This document shows positions 1-11,678 of a DNA stretch of 64,000 nucleotides, piece after piece. The stretch lies in the sequence record PZ295659.1, one strand, 5' to 3'. The notes under the pieces were generated by a model. It did no database searches, had not been told where the DNA came from, and worked only from the letters and a program-made list of their open reading frames with translations. Position numbers and translations under genes: made by a program. How positions within the stretch are numbered: position 1 is the stretch's first letter; each line of letters opens with the position of its first letter. The stretch is from a phage.

Positions 1-319
1 GATTACATCTCAGGAAGCAGCGTATCAAGCTTCTATTCAGAAATATGCTAATGCTGGCGGCGACCAAGTTCTTTATCATATTAATGAAAATCGTGAGAAA
101 TTTTATAACTTAGTTTCATATCCGGACGAGCCATTAGTATGGTATGATAAAGGCGATAAAGCTCGTAAGTATCCACAATATAAAGGACCTTTAGCTGCAG
201 TAGATACTTATGAAGCGGCTGTACTAGATAACGAAAAACTTCGTAAAATAAAAATTGTTGCAAAAGAAGATATAAACTCGTTTATCACAGATTTGATTCG
301 TGAGATGGAGATTGCATAA
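1..319 (+). CDS. 53: baseplate wedge protein gp53, C-terminal fragment (5' end lies outside window; reading frame 2; stop TAA 317-319 overlaps gp5 ATG)
   Basis: Open frame from window edge to TAATG junction with gene 5; position directly upstream of gene 5 as in T4 gene order. Confidence 0.55.
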   Translation, partial: ITSQEAAYQASIQKYANAGGDQVLYHINENREKFYNLVSYPDEPLVWYDKGDKARKYPQYKGPLAAVDTYEAAVLDNEKLRKIKIVAKEDINSFITDLIREMEIA

Positions 320-2052
320 TGGAAATGATTAGCAGTAGCCTTAATTGGTTCGTGGGCGTTGTCGAGGACAGAATGGACCCATTAAAACAAGGGCGAGTTC
401 GAGTTCGAGTCGTTGGTCTTCATCCGGCGCAGAGAACACAAGGCGATGTACAAGGTATTCCTACAGAAAAACTTCCATGGATGACTGTTATTCAACCTAT
501 TACGTCTGCATCAATGTCAGGTATTGGTGGTTCTGTTACAGGTCCTGTTGAAGGAACTCGAGTATATGGTCATTTCTTAGACAAATGGAAAACAAACGGG
601 ATTGTACTTGGTACATATGGCGGAATAGTACGTGAAAAGCCTAATAGACTTGAAGGTTTTTCAGACCCGACAGGCCAGTATCCGCGACGTTTAGGTAATG
701 ATACGAACGTATTAAACCAAGGTGGTGAAGCTGGTTATTATTCGAACTCTAACGTAATTCAAGATAACAACTTGGATTACGGTATAAACCCAGACGATAC
801 AGATTTAGCAAATATTCCAGAAGATGATGACCCTAATTTTACAATAACAGAAATGTTACGTCGTGATGAAGGTCTTCGTGATAAAGTGTATTGGGACCAT
901 CTCGGATATCCTACAGTAGGTATTGGACACCTTATCGTAATGGAAAAGACCCGAGATATGTCTCGAATTAATAAATTGTTATCTGATCAAGTAGGGCGTG
1001 AAGTAACAGGAAATCCCGGGACTATTACATTAGAAGAAGCAACAGCGTTATTTGAGAAGGACCTTGCTAAGATGCAGAAAGACATTCGTTCTAATTCTAA
1101 AGTAGGTCCTGTTTATGCTAAAATGAACAGATCTCGCCAAATGGCATTAGAAAACATGTGCTTCCAGATGGGCGTTGGTGGTGTAGCAAAATTCAATACT
1201 ATGCTTAAAGCAATGGCCACAGGCGATTGGAAAACCGCATACAAATCCGGACGCGATTCGTTATGGTTCCAACAGACTAAAGGGCGTGCTTCACGTGTAA
1301 CAACAATTATTTTAACTGGTAACATGGAATCATATGGCGTTCCTGTTAAAACACCACCTTCACCAGGAGTTGGTGCCAATTTAGTTACTAGAAATACCGA
1401 TCCAGAAGACCCGGCTGGTCCTCCTGTTCCGTTAGATTCACGTATCCTTTTTAAAGAACCTGAATCAAGTTATCGTGGTGAGTATCCATACGTTCATGCT
1501 ATGGAAACAGAAAGCGGTCATATCCAAGAATTTGACGATACTCCAGGTAATGAACGTTATCGCTTAGTTCATCCAACAGGGTCATATGAGGAAGTTTCTC
1601 CGTCTGGGCGTCGTACTCGTAAAACTGTAGAAGACCTTTTTGACATCACTAACGGCGATGGGAACTTCTTGATTTCCGGTGATAAACTTGTTAACGTTGG
1701 TGCTAATGAAATATATTATAACATGGCAGACCGCCTCCATCAAATAGACGGCAATGACACAATCTTTATTCGTGGTAACCAAGCTAAAACTGTTGAAGGC
1801 GATGGAACTCTTTACGTTAAGGGTAATATCAAAATAGTTGTTGACGGAAATGCAGATATTCTTGTTAAAGGTGATGCTAAAACTCAGGTCGAAGGGAATC
1901 ATGATTACACCGTCAACGGAAACGTTAAATGGACTGTTAATGGTAATGTTGATATGACTGTTGCCGGGGATTGGGCAGAGACAATGTCTACAATGAGCTC
2001 AATAGCTTCAGGACAATACACTGTTGACGGATCTCGTATTGATATTGGGTAA
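319..2052 (+). CDS. 5: baseplate central spike gp5 with tail lysozyme domain
   Basis: 577 aa; N-terminal OB-like region, T4-lysozyme-like segment (DEGLRDKVYWDHLGYPTVGIGHL), C-terminal beta-helix VxGxxxxx repeats; T4 gp5 is about the same length. Confidence 0.95.
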   Translation: MEMISSSLNWFVGVVEDRMDPLKQGRVRVRVVGLHPAQRTQGDVQGIPTEKLPWMTVIQPITSASMSGIGGSVTGPVEGTRVYGHFLDKWKTNGIVLGTYGGIVREKPNRLEGFSDPTGQYPRRLGNDTNVLNQGGEAGYYSNSNVIQDNNLDYGINPDDTDLANIPEDDDPNFTITEMLRRDEGLRDKVYWDHLGYPTVGIGHLIVMEKTRDMSRINKLLSDQVGREVTGNPGTITLEEATALFEKDLAKMQKDIRSNSKVGPVYAKMNRSRQMALENMCFQMGVGGVAKFNTMLKAMATGDWKTAYKSGRDSLWFQQTKGRASRVTTIILTGNMESYGVPVKTPPSPGVGANLVTRNTDPEDPAGPPVPLDSRILFKEPESSYRGEYPYVHAMETESGHIQEFDDTPGNERYRLVHPTGSYEEVSPSGRRTRKTVEDLFDITNGDGNFLISGDKLVNVGANEIYYNMADRLHQIDGNDTIFIRGNQAKTVEGDGTLYVKGNIKIVVDGNADILVKGDAKTQVEGNHDYTVNGNVKWTVNGNVDMTVAGDWAETMSTMSSIASGQYTVDGSRIDIG

Positions 2053-2055
2053 TAT

Positions 2056-2571
2056 ATGGCACAAATACTTCCTTTAAATACCGACTTAGGAGAAGACATG
2101 GAAGGGGCGTCTATTGACGTCCTTTTTACTCCACAGTTAGAAACAACCGAAACTTTAGTGTCAATAAATATAACAGATTATGAACCGACACAAGGCATTA
2201 CGGTAGATGGTAATCGTTTATATGGAACATATGAAAGTGTGTTTAGCTTTTCTTCGGATGCATTGAAATACCGATTAAATGATGATTTTGAAACCGCATC
2301 TTCATGGGATGATTTACCGAAAGATGAATCCACACAGTTATATTTGTGGAGAGCTCCTCAGAATCTTCGTAAAGTGTTTAGTTATACGGTTGAAATGATT
2401 TATAACTACCAAGAAGAAAGTTCATCAGGCGGCTCAAGAAGTGACTCTAGTACAGAACCTCCGCCAGCTCCAGTACAAAAAACTCTTACTAAGGTTTATA
2501 CAAAAACTATAGTAGGAAATTGGAGCAAATGGGCTCAACAATTACGAAACTATGTTTATGCGAGGCCATAA
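2056..2571 (+). CDS. 5.1: gp5.1-like baseplate-associated protein
   Basis: 171-aa ORF immediately after gene 5, conserved position. Confidence 0.75.
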   Translation: MAQILPLNTDLGEDMEGASIDVLFTPQLETTETLVSINITDYEPTQGITVDGNRLYGTYESVFSFSSDALKYRLNDDFETASSWDDLPKDESTQLYLWRAPQNLRKVFSYTVEMIYNYQEESSSGGSRSDSSTEPPPAPVQKTLTKVYTKTIVGNWSKWAQQLRNYVYARP

Positions 2572-2573
2572 AA

Positions 2574-2867
2574 ATGTCTGGATTAAGTTACGACCAGTGC
2601 GTTACAACAGGTCATGAAGCATGGCCTCCTACAGTAATTAATGCTTCTCAATCTAAAGTATTCACCGGCGGTATTCCTGTTCTTGTAGCAGGAGACCAAA
2701 TAACACCTCATACAGAAATTAAAAAACCGTACGAGACTCATGGCGGTGTTACTGAACCTCGTACATCTAAAGTATATGTCACCGGTAAAAAGGCCGTTCA
2801 AATGGCTGACCCAATTTCATGCGGGGATACTGTTTCTCAGGCCTCGTCAAAAGTCTTTATAAAATAG
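2574..2867 (+). CDS. 5.4: gp5.4 PAAR-repeat spike tip protein
   Basis: 97 aa from internal ATG 2574 (track ORF starts upstream at 2520 and overlaps 5.1); conserved position between 5.1 and 6. Confidence 0.8.
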   Translation: MSGLSYDQCVTTGHEAWPPTVINASQSKVFTGGIPVLVAGDQITPHTEIKKPYETHGGVTEPRTSKVYVTGKKAVQMADPISCGDTVSQASSKVFIK

Positions 2868-2875
2868 GAATTAAA

Positions 2876-4846
2876 ATGGCAAACACTCCTGTAAATTATC
2901 AGTTAGTCAGAACGGCGAATGCTATTCCCGAAATTTTTATCGGGGGCACATTTGCCGAAATCAAACAGAATATTATCGAATGGCTCAACGGACAGAATGA
3001 ATTTCTTGATTATGATTTTGAAGGTTCGCGTTTAAACGTATTGTGTGACCTTTTAGCATATAATACTCTTTATATCCAACAGTTCAGTAATAGTGCAGTG
3101 TATGAAAGTTTTATGCGTACTGCAAACTTGCGTAGTTCTGTTGTACAAGCGGCTCAAGATAACGGATATTTGCCTGCATCTAAATCAGCAGCACAAACAG
3201 AAATTATGCTCACATGTACGGATGCATTAAATAGAAACTATATCACCATTCCACGTGGCACTCGTTTCCTGGCGTATGCTAAAGGTACTTCTGTAAATCC
3301 ATATAACTTTGTCTCTACCGAAGACGTCATTGTAGTTAAAGATAAAAATAATCAATATTTCCCACGTCTTCGATTAGCTCAAGGACGTATTGTTCGCACT
3401 GAATTAACATTTGATAAATTAAAACCTATCATTATTCGCGATAAGAACATCGATCGTAATTTGGTTAAATTGTATGTTGACGGAGCAGAATGGATCAACT
3501 GGACTCGCAAATCGATGGTTCATGCCGGTTCTACTTCAACCATTTATTATATGCGAGAAACTGTTGACGGGAACACTGAATTTTATTTTGGTGAAGGTGA
3601 AATCTCTATTAACACATCAGAAGGTGCTTTAACATCCAACTACATTGGTGGCCTTAAACCTGTCCAGGGTTCTAAAATCGTAATTGAATATATTTCTACT
3701 AATGGCGCTGAAGCAAATGGTGCAGTAGGATTCTCTTATGCTGATACATTAGCTAATATCACAGTTATTGGAATTAATGAAAACCCAAGTAATAACCCTG
3801 ACTTCGTTGGTGCGGATGGCGGTGGCGACCCTGAAGATATTGAACGTATCCGTGAATTAGGTACAATTAAACGCGAAACTCAACAACGATGTGTGACTGC
3901 AACTGATTACGACACATTCGTCTCTGAACGATTTGGTTCTATTATTCAAGCGGTTCAGACATTTACGGATTCATCTAAGCCTGGGTACGCATTTATTGCT
4001 GCTAAACCTAAGTCTGGGTTATATTTGACTTCAGTCCAACGAGACGATATTAAAAATTATCTTAATGAGTATAACTTAGGGACGATAACTCCTGTTGTTA
4101 TTTCTCCTGATTATTTGTTTATTAAAATGAATATTCGCGTTACGTATGCATTGAACAAACTACAGGAATCTGAACAATGGTTAGAAGGCCAAATTATTAA
4201 TAAAATCGACCGTTATTATATTGAAGACGTGGAAATTTTTAACTCGTCATTCGCAAAATCTAAAATGTTAACATATGTCGATGACGCAGATATTTCTATC
4301 ATTGGTTCGTCTGCGACTATTCAAATGGTTCGCGAGGTACAGAACTTCTACAAAACACCTGAAACAGGTATTAAATACAATAACCAGATTAAAGATAGAA
4401 CATTAGAATCTAACGTGTTTTCATTTGATAGTTTACGCGTTGACCCTGAAACGGAAGCTACTATTAAATACGACGTTCGCATTGTAGGTTCAGATAGAAA
4501 TGACCGCGGCATTGGACAAGTTATTATTGGCCCGTTTGCAGATGGCGACGTTATAGAAAACGCTTATATTCAACCATATACTGGTGACGATTTTAATAAA
4601 CTTCATGTTACGGACGGAAGAAGCAAATATTACTCTATAGGTGAAGTAAATTATCCGGCTGATTCAATTTATTGGAATATAGCTAAAATTGATTTAACTT
4701 CTGATAGGTTTGAAGTTCAAACTATTGAACTCTATTCAGACCCAGCTGATGATGTTATCTTTACTAAAGACGGGTCATTAATTGTATTTGAAAATGACTT
4801 ACGTCCACAATATTTAACCATAGATTTGGAGCCTATTTCACAATGA
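2876..4846 (+). CDS. 6: baseplate wedge protein gp6
   Basis: 656 aa from ATG 2876 preceded by AGGAA; T4 gp6 is about 660 aa; stop overlaps gene 7 start (ATGA). Confidence 0.9.
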   Translation: MANTPVNYQLVRTANAIPEIFIGGTFAEIKQNIIEWLNGQNEFLDYDFEGSRLNVLCDLLAYNTLYIQQFSNSAVYESFMRTANLRSSVVQAAQDNGYLPASKSAAQTEIMLTCTDALNRNYITIPRGTRFLAYAKGTSVNPYNFVSTEDVIVVKDKNNQYFPRLRLAQGRIVRTELTFDKLKPIIIRDKNIDRNLVKLYVDGAEWINWTRKSMVHAGSTSTIYYMRETVDGNTEFYFGEGEISINTSEGALTSNYIGGLKPVQGSKIVIEYISTNGAEANGAVGFSYADTLANITVIGINENPSNNPDFVGADGGGDPEDIERIRELGTIKRETQQRCVTATDYDTFVSERFGSIIQAVQTFTDSSKPGYAFIAAKPKSGLYLTSVQRDDIKNYLNEYNLGTITPVVISPDYLFIKMNIRVTYALNKLQESEQWLEGQIINKIDRYYIEDVEIFNSSFAKSKMLTYVDDADISIIGSSATIQMVREVQNFYKTPETGIKYNNQIKDRTLESNVFSFDSLRVDPETEATIKYDVRIVGSDRNDRGIGQVIIGPFADGDVIENAYIQPYTGDDFNKLHVTDGRSKYYSIGEVNYPADSIYWNIAKIDLTSDRFEVQTIELYSDPADDVIFTKDGSLIVFENDLRPQYLTIDLEPISQ

Positions 4847-7800
4847 CAGTAAAAGCGCCAGCAGTCACGAGTCTCAGATTATCTAAATTGTCCGCAAACC
4901 AAGTTCAAATTCGCTGGGATGAGGTTGGCGCCAATTTCTACTATTTTGTGGAAATAGCTGAGACCAAAACAGCTAATGGGGAAGCAATTCCCCGTAATAG
5001 CTATAGATGGACTAATTTAGGATATACCGCTGATAACAATTTCTTTGAGTCTGGTTTAAATTCATTAACAACATATATGATGCGTGTGGCTACAGCAGCA
5101 GAGGGATTTGAGCAGTCTGATTGGAGATACACCGAAGAGTTTGAAACATTTGAAATAAACGCTTACACATTCCAACATATGATTGAAATGCAATTAGCTA
5201 ACGAGTTTATTTCTGAAAAATTTACAAAAAATAATACCAACTACGTTGATTTTAATAATGACACGATCATGGCAGCACTGATGAGCGAGTCGTTCCAATT
5301 TAGTCCTGCATACACGGATGTGTCATCGATTAGAAATTTTATAATTGGCGAAAATCAGTATCATGAAATCCAGGGGCATATCCAAGATGTATGTAAAGAT
5401 ATAAATCGAGTATATCTAATGGAATCTGAAGGAATTCTTTACCTTTTTGAAAGATTCCAACCTATTGTAAAAGTGTCTAATGATAAAGGCCAAACATGGA
5501 AAGCGGTTAAATTGCTTAATGACCGCGTAGGATATCCACTTTCACGAACCGTATATTACCAATCAGAATATACGACGTATTTGCTCGGCTATGATAAGAT
5601 TTTTTACGGGCGTAAATCATCCGATATTCGTTGGTCTGCTGATGATGTTCGTTTCAGTTCACAAGATGTAACATTTGCTAAAATCGGGGATCGATTAAAT
5701 TTAGGTTTTGATGTAGAGATTTTCGGTACATACGCATCATTACCAGGAAACGTATCACGTATTGCAGAAGCTATTACTTGTAATGATGACTATGTTTATA
5801 TTGCGGCCAGAGATAAAGTTCGCTTCGTTAAAACCAGTAACGCTCCTATTGATTCAGATCCGTTATCTCCGACCTATTCCGAACGATTGTTTGAACCTGA
5901 GACGTTTACAATAACAGGCAACCCTAAAGCAGTTTGTTATAAAATGGATTCTGTTGGTGGAAGAATATTCGCTCTTATTATTGGTGAAGTCGAAAACGTT
6001 AATGACGACCCAAGAACAAAGCCTATTTTGGATTCCGTTGATAAAGGTGTATACGTTTTAGACCATGACGCTGGAACATTTAAAAGAATATTTGGTAATA
6101 CCGAAGAAGAACGCCGTCGTATAGAACCGGCTTTCACCAATATGTCTACTGATGGTGTTGAGCTTTATATCTCTTCTAGTAATTTTAAATTTTTAGAATC
6201 CGATATTGTTGACGACCCAGAAACGCAATCTAAGTATGGACTTTTAGGAGCAGTTAAGTACGAATATCCTAGAGAATGGCTCGCAGATAAACATTACCAT
6301 ATGATGATTTTCGCATCAAACGAAGAAAGTAATTGGGAAACTTTTTCACCAACTCCTATGCAGTATTATGCAGAACCTTTCTTTAGTTATTCTAGAAAAT
6401 CAGGCACACGTTCTTGGATTAATAACTCTGATAGAGCAGTAGTGATTTATTCTGATTTGCTTTACACAAAGGTAGTGGAAAGCCACCCTAGCACTTCACC
6501 TGATCGTAAAGTTCATGAATACTGGAATGATGGTGATTGTAAGATTGTTATGCCGAATATAGAATTCACTGGATTTAAAAAATACGCATCTGGTATGTTG
6601 TTTTATAAATCATCAGGTGAAATAATTTCATATTACGATTTTAGTTATCGTGTTAGAGATAATGTTTCTATAATTTGGAAGCCCACTAACGTATTTTTGA
6701 CCTCCTCATTACAAAACCAAGAAAAAGAAACTTCTTGGGTTCCTGTTGAAGAGACAGGTCTAGCTGACCCGGATTTACGCCCATTACTCACTACAATGAT
6801 GCCAGAGTCTTATCTGTTGGATAATACAAACTTTGAAGCATTTTGTGAAGCGTATATTCAATATCTTTCTGATGGATACGGGACTCATTATAATAACTTA
6901 TTGAATTTGATTAAAAATAAATACCCACGAGAAGAACACGCATGGGAATATCTTTGGTCTGAAATTTATAAACGGAACATTTATTTGAATGCTGAGAAAC
7001 GTGATTTAGTTTCTAGGTTCTTTGAGTCCAGAAGTTACGATTTTTATTCTACTAAAGGAACTGAAGCGTCGTATAAGTTTTTGTTTAAAGTTCTTTATAA
7101 CGAAGACGTTGAAGTGGAAATTGAGTCATCTGCTGGAACAGAGTACGATATCATAATTCAATCTGATTCTATAAGTGAAGATTTGGTTGGACAAACTATA
7201 TACACCGCTACAGGTAGATGTAATGTTACATATTTAGAAAGAAGCTATTCTAAAGGTAAATTACAATGGACTGTGACTATTCATAACCTTTTAGGTAGGC
7301 TTTTAGTCGGTCAAGAAGTAAAAGCCGAAAGACTAGCAGATTTTGAAGGTGAAATAGTTCGCGGTATTAAAGGTAAAGAACTTGCCCAAAACACTATTGA
7401 TTATTTTAATCGTGGTAGAGCTTATTACGTCATGAAAATAAAGTCAAATCTTCCATCCTCTCGTTGGAAATCTGACGTACTACGTTTTGTACATCCGGTA
7501 GGATTTGGATTTATTGCAATAACCTTATTAACAATGTTTATTAATACAGGATTAACGCTTAAACATGTTGAAACTATTATTAATAAATATAAAAATTATA
7601 AGTGGGATTCCGGACTGCCTACGGAATATGCAGACCGCGTCGCTCGTTTAGACCCTCAAGGTAATGTAGAATTCAATCCTGTTACAGGTGAAGTAATTTA
7701 TGATGCCGGTCCTTATGCCGGTATCGAATACCCTTTACCTGCAAATTATAACGAAGAAAATGATAACTCTATTTTCCAAGGACAATTACCGTCTGAACGA

Positions 7801-7941
7801 CGCAAGCCAATGAGCCCATTATTTGATGCATCAGGTACAACGTTCTCTAGATTTAGAGAGCTTGTTAATGAAAGATTGTTAGATAACGTGGGAAATCCTA
7901 GAGACCCGATTAATCCACCACAGGTTAAATTAGATGAATGA
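4843..7941 (+). CDS. 7: baseplate wedge protein gp7
   Basis: 1032 aa, same length as T4 gp7; translational coupling to 6 and 8. Confidence 0.92.
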   Translation: MTVKAPAVTSLRLSKLSANQVQIRWDEVGANFYYFVEIAETKTANGEAIPRNSYRWTNLGYTADNNFFESGLNSLTTYMMRVATAAEGFEQSDWRYTEEFETFEINAYTFQHMIEMQLANEFISEKFTKNNTNYVDFNNDTIMAALMSESFQFSPAYTDVSSIRNFIIGENQYHEIQGHIQDVCKDINRVYLMESEGILYLFERFQPIVKVSNDKGQTWKAVKLLNDRVGYPLSRTVYYQSEYTTYLLGYDKIFYGRKSSDIRWSADDVRFSSQDVTFAKIGDRLNLGFDVEIFGTYASLPGNVSRIAEAITCNDDYVYIAARDKVRFVKTSNAPIDSDPLSPTYSERLFEPETFTITGNPKAVCYKMDSVGGRIFALIIGEVENVNDDPRTKPILDSVDKGVYVLDHDAGTFKRIFGNTEEERRRIEPAFTNMSTDGVELYISSSNFKFLESDIVDDPETQSKYGLLGAVKYEYPREWLADKHYHMMIFASNEESNWETFSPTPMQYYAEPFFSYSRKSGTRSWINNSDRAVVIYSDLLYTKVVESHPSTSPDRKVHEYWNDGDCKIVMPNIEFTGFKKYASGMLFYKSSGEIISYYDFSYRVRDNVSIIWKPTNVFLTSSLQNQEKETSWVPVEETGLADPDLRPLLTTMMPESYLLDNTNFEAFCEAYIQYLSDGYGTHYNNLLNLIKNKYPREEHAWEYLWSEIYKRNIYLNAEKRDLVSRFFESRSYDFYSTKGTEASYKFLFKVLYNEDVEVEIESSAGTEYDIIIQSDSISEDLVGQTIYTATGRCNVTYLERSYSKGKLQWTVTIHNLLGRLLVGQEVKAERLADFEGEIVRGIKGKELAQNTIDYFNRGRAYYVMKIKSNLPSSRWKSDVLRFVHPVGFGFIAITLLTMFINTGLTLKHVETIINKYKNYKWDSGLPTEYADRVARLDPQGNVEFNPVTGEVIYDAGPYAGIEYPLPANYNEENDNSIFQGQLPSERRKPMSPLFDASGTTFSRFRELVNERLLDNVGNPRDPINPPQVKLDE

Positions 7942-8938
7942 TTCAAGTGTTGTCTATCGTGCGATAGTTACTTCAAAATTTAGAACTGAAAAAATGTTGA
8001 ATTTCTACAATTCAATAGGTGATGGTGATAATAAAAACACCATCTTTATAACGTTTGGTCGGTCTGAACCATGGGCTGCTAATGAAAATGAGGTGGGCTT
8101 CGCCCCACCGTATCCAACAGACTCGGTTTTAGGTGTAACAGATATGTGGACTAACATGATGGGTTTAGTTAAAGTTATCCCATCTATGTTAGACTCGGTT
8201 ATTCCTAGACGTGACTGGGGAGATATTCGTTATCCGGACCCTTATACATTCAAAATAAATGATATAGTCGTATGTAATACAGCCCCATATAATGCCACTG
8301 AAGTCGGGGCCGGATGGTTAGTATACCGTTGCGTAGATGTTCCTGATGTTGGGATGTGTTCTATTGAGTCTCTCGACAACAAAGAAGAATGTCTTAAATT
8401 AGGTGGTAAATGGACTCCGTCTGTTAGGTCTTTAACACCTCCTGAAGGCCGTGGAGATGCTGAAGGGATTATCGAAGTTGGTGATGGATATATATGGGAG
8501 TATCTTTATGAGATTCCACCTGATGTGTCTATAAACCGATGTACTAATGAATATATAGTCGTTCCATGGCCGGAAGAAGTTAAAGAAGACCCTGCTCGTT
8601 GGGGATATGAAAACAATCTAACCTGGCAACAAGATGATTTTGGCCTTGTGTATAGAGTTAAAGCAAACATAATTCGTTTTAAAGCCTATTTAGACTCAGT
8701 TTATTTCCCTAATGCAGCACTGCCTGGTAATAAAGGATTTAGACAAATTTCTATTATCACAAACCCCTTGGAAGCTAAACTCCGTCCTAATGACCCTAAT
8801 ATAAAGGCTGAAAAGGATTATTATGACCCCAGAGATTTACAGCGTCATTCTGGTGAAATGATTTATATGGAAAACCGTCCACCTATTATTATGGCAATGG
8901 ACCAAACCGAAGAGATCAATATTTTGTTTATGTTCTAA
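7934..8938 (+). CDS. 8: baseplate wedge protein gp8
   Basis: 334 aa, gene order. Confidence 0.9.
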   Translation: MNDSSVVYRAIVTSKFRTEKMLNFYNSIGDGDNKNTIFITFGRSEPWAANENEVGFAPPYPTDSVLGVTDMWTNMMGLVKVIPSMLDSVIPRRDWGDIRYPDPYTFKINDIVVCNTAPYNATEVGAGWLVYRCVDVPDVGMCSIESLDNKEECLKLGGKWTPSVRSLTPPEGRGDAEGIIEVGDGYIWEYLYEIPPDVSINRCTNEYIVVPWPEEVKEDPARWGYENNLTWQQDDFGLVYRVKANIIRFKAYLDSVYFPNAALPGNKGFRQISIITNPLEAKLRPNDPNIKAEKDYYDPRDLQRHSGEMIYMENRPPIIMAMDQTEEINILFMF

Positions 8939-8942
8939 TTTA

Positions 8943-8960
8943 GGGAGACTTCGGTCTCCC
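8943..8960 (+). terminator. stem-loop GGGAGAC-UUCG-GUCUCCC followed by U-tract (after gene 8)
   Basis: perfect 7-bp GC-rich stem, UUCG tetraloop. Confidence 0.7.
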
Positions 8961-8967
8961 TTTCGTG

Positions 8968-8975
8968 TATAAATA
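8968..8975 (+). promoter_or_regulatory. late promoter TATAAATA (gene 9)
   Basis: exact TATAAATA about 25 nt upstream of ATG. Confidence 0.7.
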
Positions 8976-9000
8976 GTATAAACTATTAAGGATTAGCCAC

Positions 9001-9864
9001 ATGTATATTCAAACTCCAAAACAATTGATTGACGTTGGCGAAATTGGTAACGCTTCTACAGGCGATATCCTTTTTGACGGCGGTGTTAAAATAAACAATG
9101 ATATAAATGCTATTTACAATGCGTTTGGTGACCAACGAAAAATGGCAACTGCTAATGGGACAGGACCAAATGGACAAATAATCCATGCCACTGGATACTA
9201 CCAAAAAGGAGGTCCTACTGATTATTTCACCCCTGTTCCAGTAGGAAGTAGACACGACATAGATGCTTCTACCGGTGGTGTTATTGTTACTGTTGCTAGA
9301 GGTGAACTCGGTGATTCCGTGGAATTTATAAATTCGAACGGGTCAATTTCTGTAAACAACCCATTAAGTATCCAAGCATTAGATTCTATTAAAGGTGTTG
9401 CAGGTAATTTAGTTATAACTACACCTTATACTAAAGTTACTCTTCGTTGTATTTCTTCTGGTGCAGGCGGTTCAATATGGGATTATTCTACAGAAAGTAT
9501 GTTTAGTCATACCGAAATTCCTGTAGACGGGACATGGAATATTATTTCAGACTATGTCAATATTCCTCTATTTTATAAAACTGAATATAACGCTGCTAAA
9601 CTTTTGGTTACATGCCAATCTGCCAACGGCAGAAAAATTAAATCATGCGAAATAAATATTCTAATAGATACAATTAATTCAAGAGTTATTTCAACCGAAT
9701 ACGCAGTTATGCGCGTTGGTAATGATAACGAAGAAGATGAAATTGCGAATATTAGTTTTTCGATAATTAACAATTTTGCCACTATGACAGTTTCTTCACA
9801 TATAAATGGTCTTCGAGTGGCAGCTAAAGTTATTTCAACTCAGAAAATTAGGGTCGCTCAATAA
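9001..9864 (+). CDS. 9: baseplate wedge / long-tail-fibre socket protein gp9
   Basis: 287 aa; late promoter upstream; TAATG overlap with gene 10. Confidence 0.9.
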   Translation: MYIQTPKQLIDVGEIGNASTGDILFDGGVKINNDINAIYNAFGDQRKMATANGTGPNGQIIHATGYYQKGGPTDYFTPVPVGSRHDIDASTGGVIVTVARGELGDSVEFINSNGSISVNNPLSIQALDSIKGVAGNLVITTPYTKVTLRCISSGAGGSIWDYSTESMFSHTEIPVDGTWNIISDYVNIPLFYKTEYNAAKLLVTCQSANGRKIKSCEINILIDTINSRVISTEYAVMRVGNDNEEDEIANISFSIINNFATMTVSSHINGLRVAAKVISTQKIRVAQ

Positions 9865-11678
9865 TGAAACAAAATATTAAAATTGGGAACGTCGTTGATG
9901 ACGGACAAGGCGATTACCTTCGTCGTGGTGGTGCAAAAATTAATGAAAACTTTGATGAGTTGTATTATGAATTAGGCGATGGCGAAGTTCCGTATTCCGC
10001 TGGTGCCTGGAAAACATACCATTCTTCAGATGGACTTAATTTAGCTGCTGAATGGGGTAAATCATACGCAATTGATACCTCAACAGGGCGTGTTTCTATA
10101 AATTTACCTAAAGGAACAGTGGAAGATTATAATAAAGTAATTAGAGCCCGTGATGTATTCGCCACATGGAATATTAACCCTGTAACATTAATTGCTGCCA
10201 GCGGTGATACTATTAAAGGTTCTTCTAGCCCAGTAGAAATCAATGTGCAGTTTTCAGACTTAGAATTAGTTTACTGTTCTCCTGGGCGCTGGGAATACGT
10301 TAAAAATAAACAAATAGACAAAATTACTAGTTCTGATATTAGTAGTGTAGCTCGTAAAGAATTTTTAGTCGAAGTTCAAGGTCAAACTGATTTTCTTGAT
10401 GTATTTGGGCCTGTTTCTTATAATGTGAATAATATCCGTGTAAAACATCGTGGTAACGAATTATACTACGGTGATGTGTTCAGTGACAATAGTGACTTTG
10501 GTTCTCCAGGAGCTAATCCTGGAGAAATCGTTGCATTAGACGGTAAAAACATTCGTTTAAGACAACCATGTAATATTGGCGACACCGTACAAATTGAAAC
10601 CTTTTTGGACGGGATTACACAATTACGCAGTTCTTATTCTCGCCGCCAAATACGTATTTTAGATTCGAAATTAACAACCCGTCCTTCCTTAGAAGGAAGT
10701 GTATATGTCGCTGATTTGTCAACTTTGAAATCTATTCCTTTTTCGGCATTTGGAGTTAATCCTTCAGAACCGGTCAATACTAATTCTTTAGAAGTTCGTT
10801 TTAATGGCATTCTTCAAGAATTAGCTGGTACTGTTGGTTTACCTATGTTCAGATGTGAAGGTGCTGATGCAGAAACTTCTACTGAGTGTTCAGCTTTAGG
10901 TGGGACTTGGGTTACATCTAACACAGATTATTCTATTGAATATGATGATAACGATGCAACTATTGCACGTGCTTTAGTCTTTGACCGTAAGTTTGAAGAC
11001 CAAGACATTATTGATATTACATGGTTTAATAACGATTTAGGCACCTTATTAAGTATCGATGACATTTTAGATACAACTGATGAAAAGTATGTCGCACAAG
11101 GTGCAACCGTAAATGTGACCGGCGATGTGGCTTTGACCGATTTCAATAATATCGGATGGCCTAATGTAGAATCTGTTCCGGCATATAGCAGGGAATTCTC
11201 ATCTATTGCAAATATTTTTAACACTATTTACCCTGTCGGTACTATTTACGAAAATGCAGTGAACCCTAATAACCCAGCCACGTATTTAGGATTTGGTTCT
11301 TGGAAATTATGGGGACAAGGAAAAGTATTAGTTGGATGGAACGACGATATTAGCGATCCTAATTTTGCATTAAATAATAACGACCTTGATTCTAGCGGGA
11401 ATCCTACACATACCGCCGGTGGAACAGTCGGAACAACGTCTAACACACTAACTAATTCTGATTTACCTCCTACTCAAACTGACGAGAAAGTTCTTATTTC
11501 CGATGAGAACGGTACAATTATTATTGGTGGATGTCAATACGACCCTGATGCAGAAGGTCCTATATACACCAAATACCGTGAAGGCCACGCCACAACGAAT
11601 AGTACACACGTACCGCCTCAAACCGTAAATAATATTCAACCGTCAATTACCGTATACCGTTGGGTAAGGATTGCATAA
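9864..11678 (+). CDS. 10: baseplate wedge protein gp10
   Basis: 604 aa, gene order. Confidence 0.9.
   Translation: MKQNIKIGNVVDDGQGDYLRRGGAKINENFDELYYELGDGEVPYSAGAWKTYHSSDGLNLAAEWGKSYAIDTSTGRVSINLPKGTVEDYNKVIRARDVFATWNINPVTLIAASGDTIKGSSSPVEINVQFSDLELVYCSPGRWEYVKNKQIDKITSSDISSVARKEFLVEVQGQTDFLDVFGPVSYNVNNIRVKHRGNELYYGDVFSDNSDFGSPGANPGEIVALDGKNIRLRQPCNIGDTVQIETFLDGITQLRSSYSRRQIRILDSKLTTRPSLEGSVYVADLSTLKSIPFSAFGVNPSEPVNTNSLEVRFNGILQELAGTVGLPMFRCEGADAETSTECSALGGTWVTSNTDYSIEYDDNDATIARALVFDRKFEDQDIIDITWFNNDLGTLLSIDDILDTTDEKYVAQGATVNVTGDVALTDFNNIGWPNVESVPAYSREFSSIANIFNTIYPVGTIYENAVNPNNPATYLGFGSWKLWGQGKVLVGWNDDISDPNFALNNNDLDSSGNPTHTAGGTVGTTSNTLTNSDLPPTQTDEKVLISDENGTIIIGGCQYDPDAEGPIYTKYREGHATTNSTHVPPQTVNNIQPSITVYRWVRIA

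Noticed and set aside
345-551. 68-aa plus-strand ORF overlapping the gp5 N-terminus in another frame
   Set aside because: Fully embedded in gene 5 out of frame; Ser/Arg-rich composition typical of an alternate-frame artefact.
2520-2573. Upstream extension of the gp5.4 ORF (track start 2520)
   Set aside because: Would overlap the gp5.1 C-terminus by 52 nt; the internal ATG at 2574 gives the expected ~97-aa PAAR protein.
2819-2875. Upstream extension of gp6 (track start 2819)
   Set aside because: Overlaps the gp5.4 coding end; ATG 2876 has an AGGAA RBS and gives a T4-like length.
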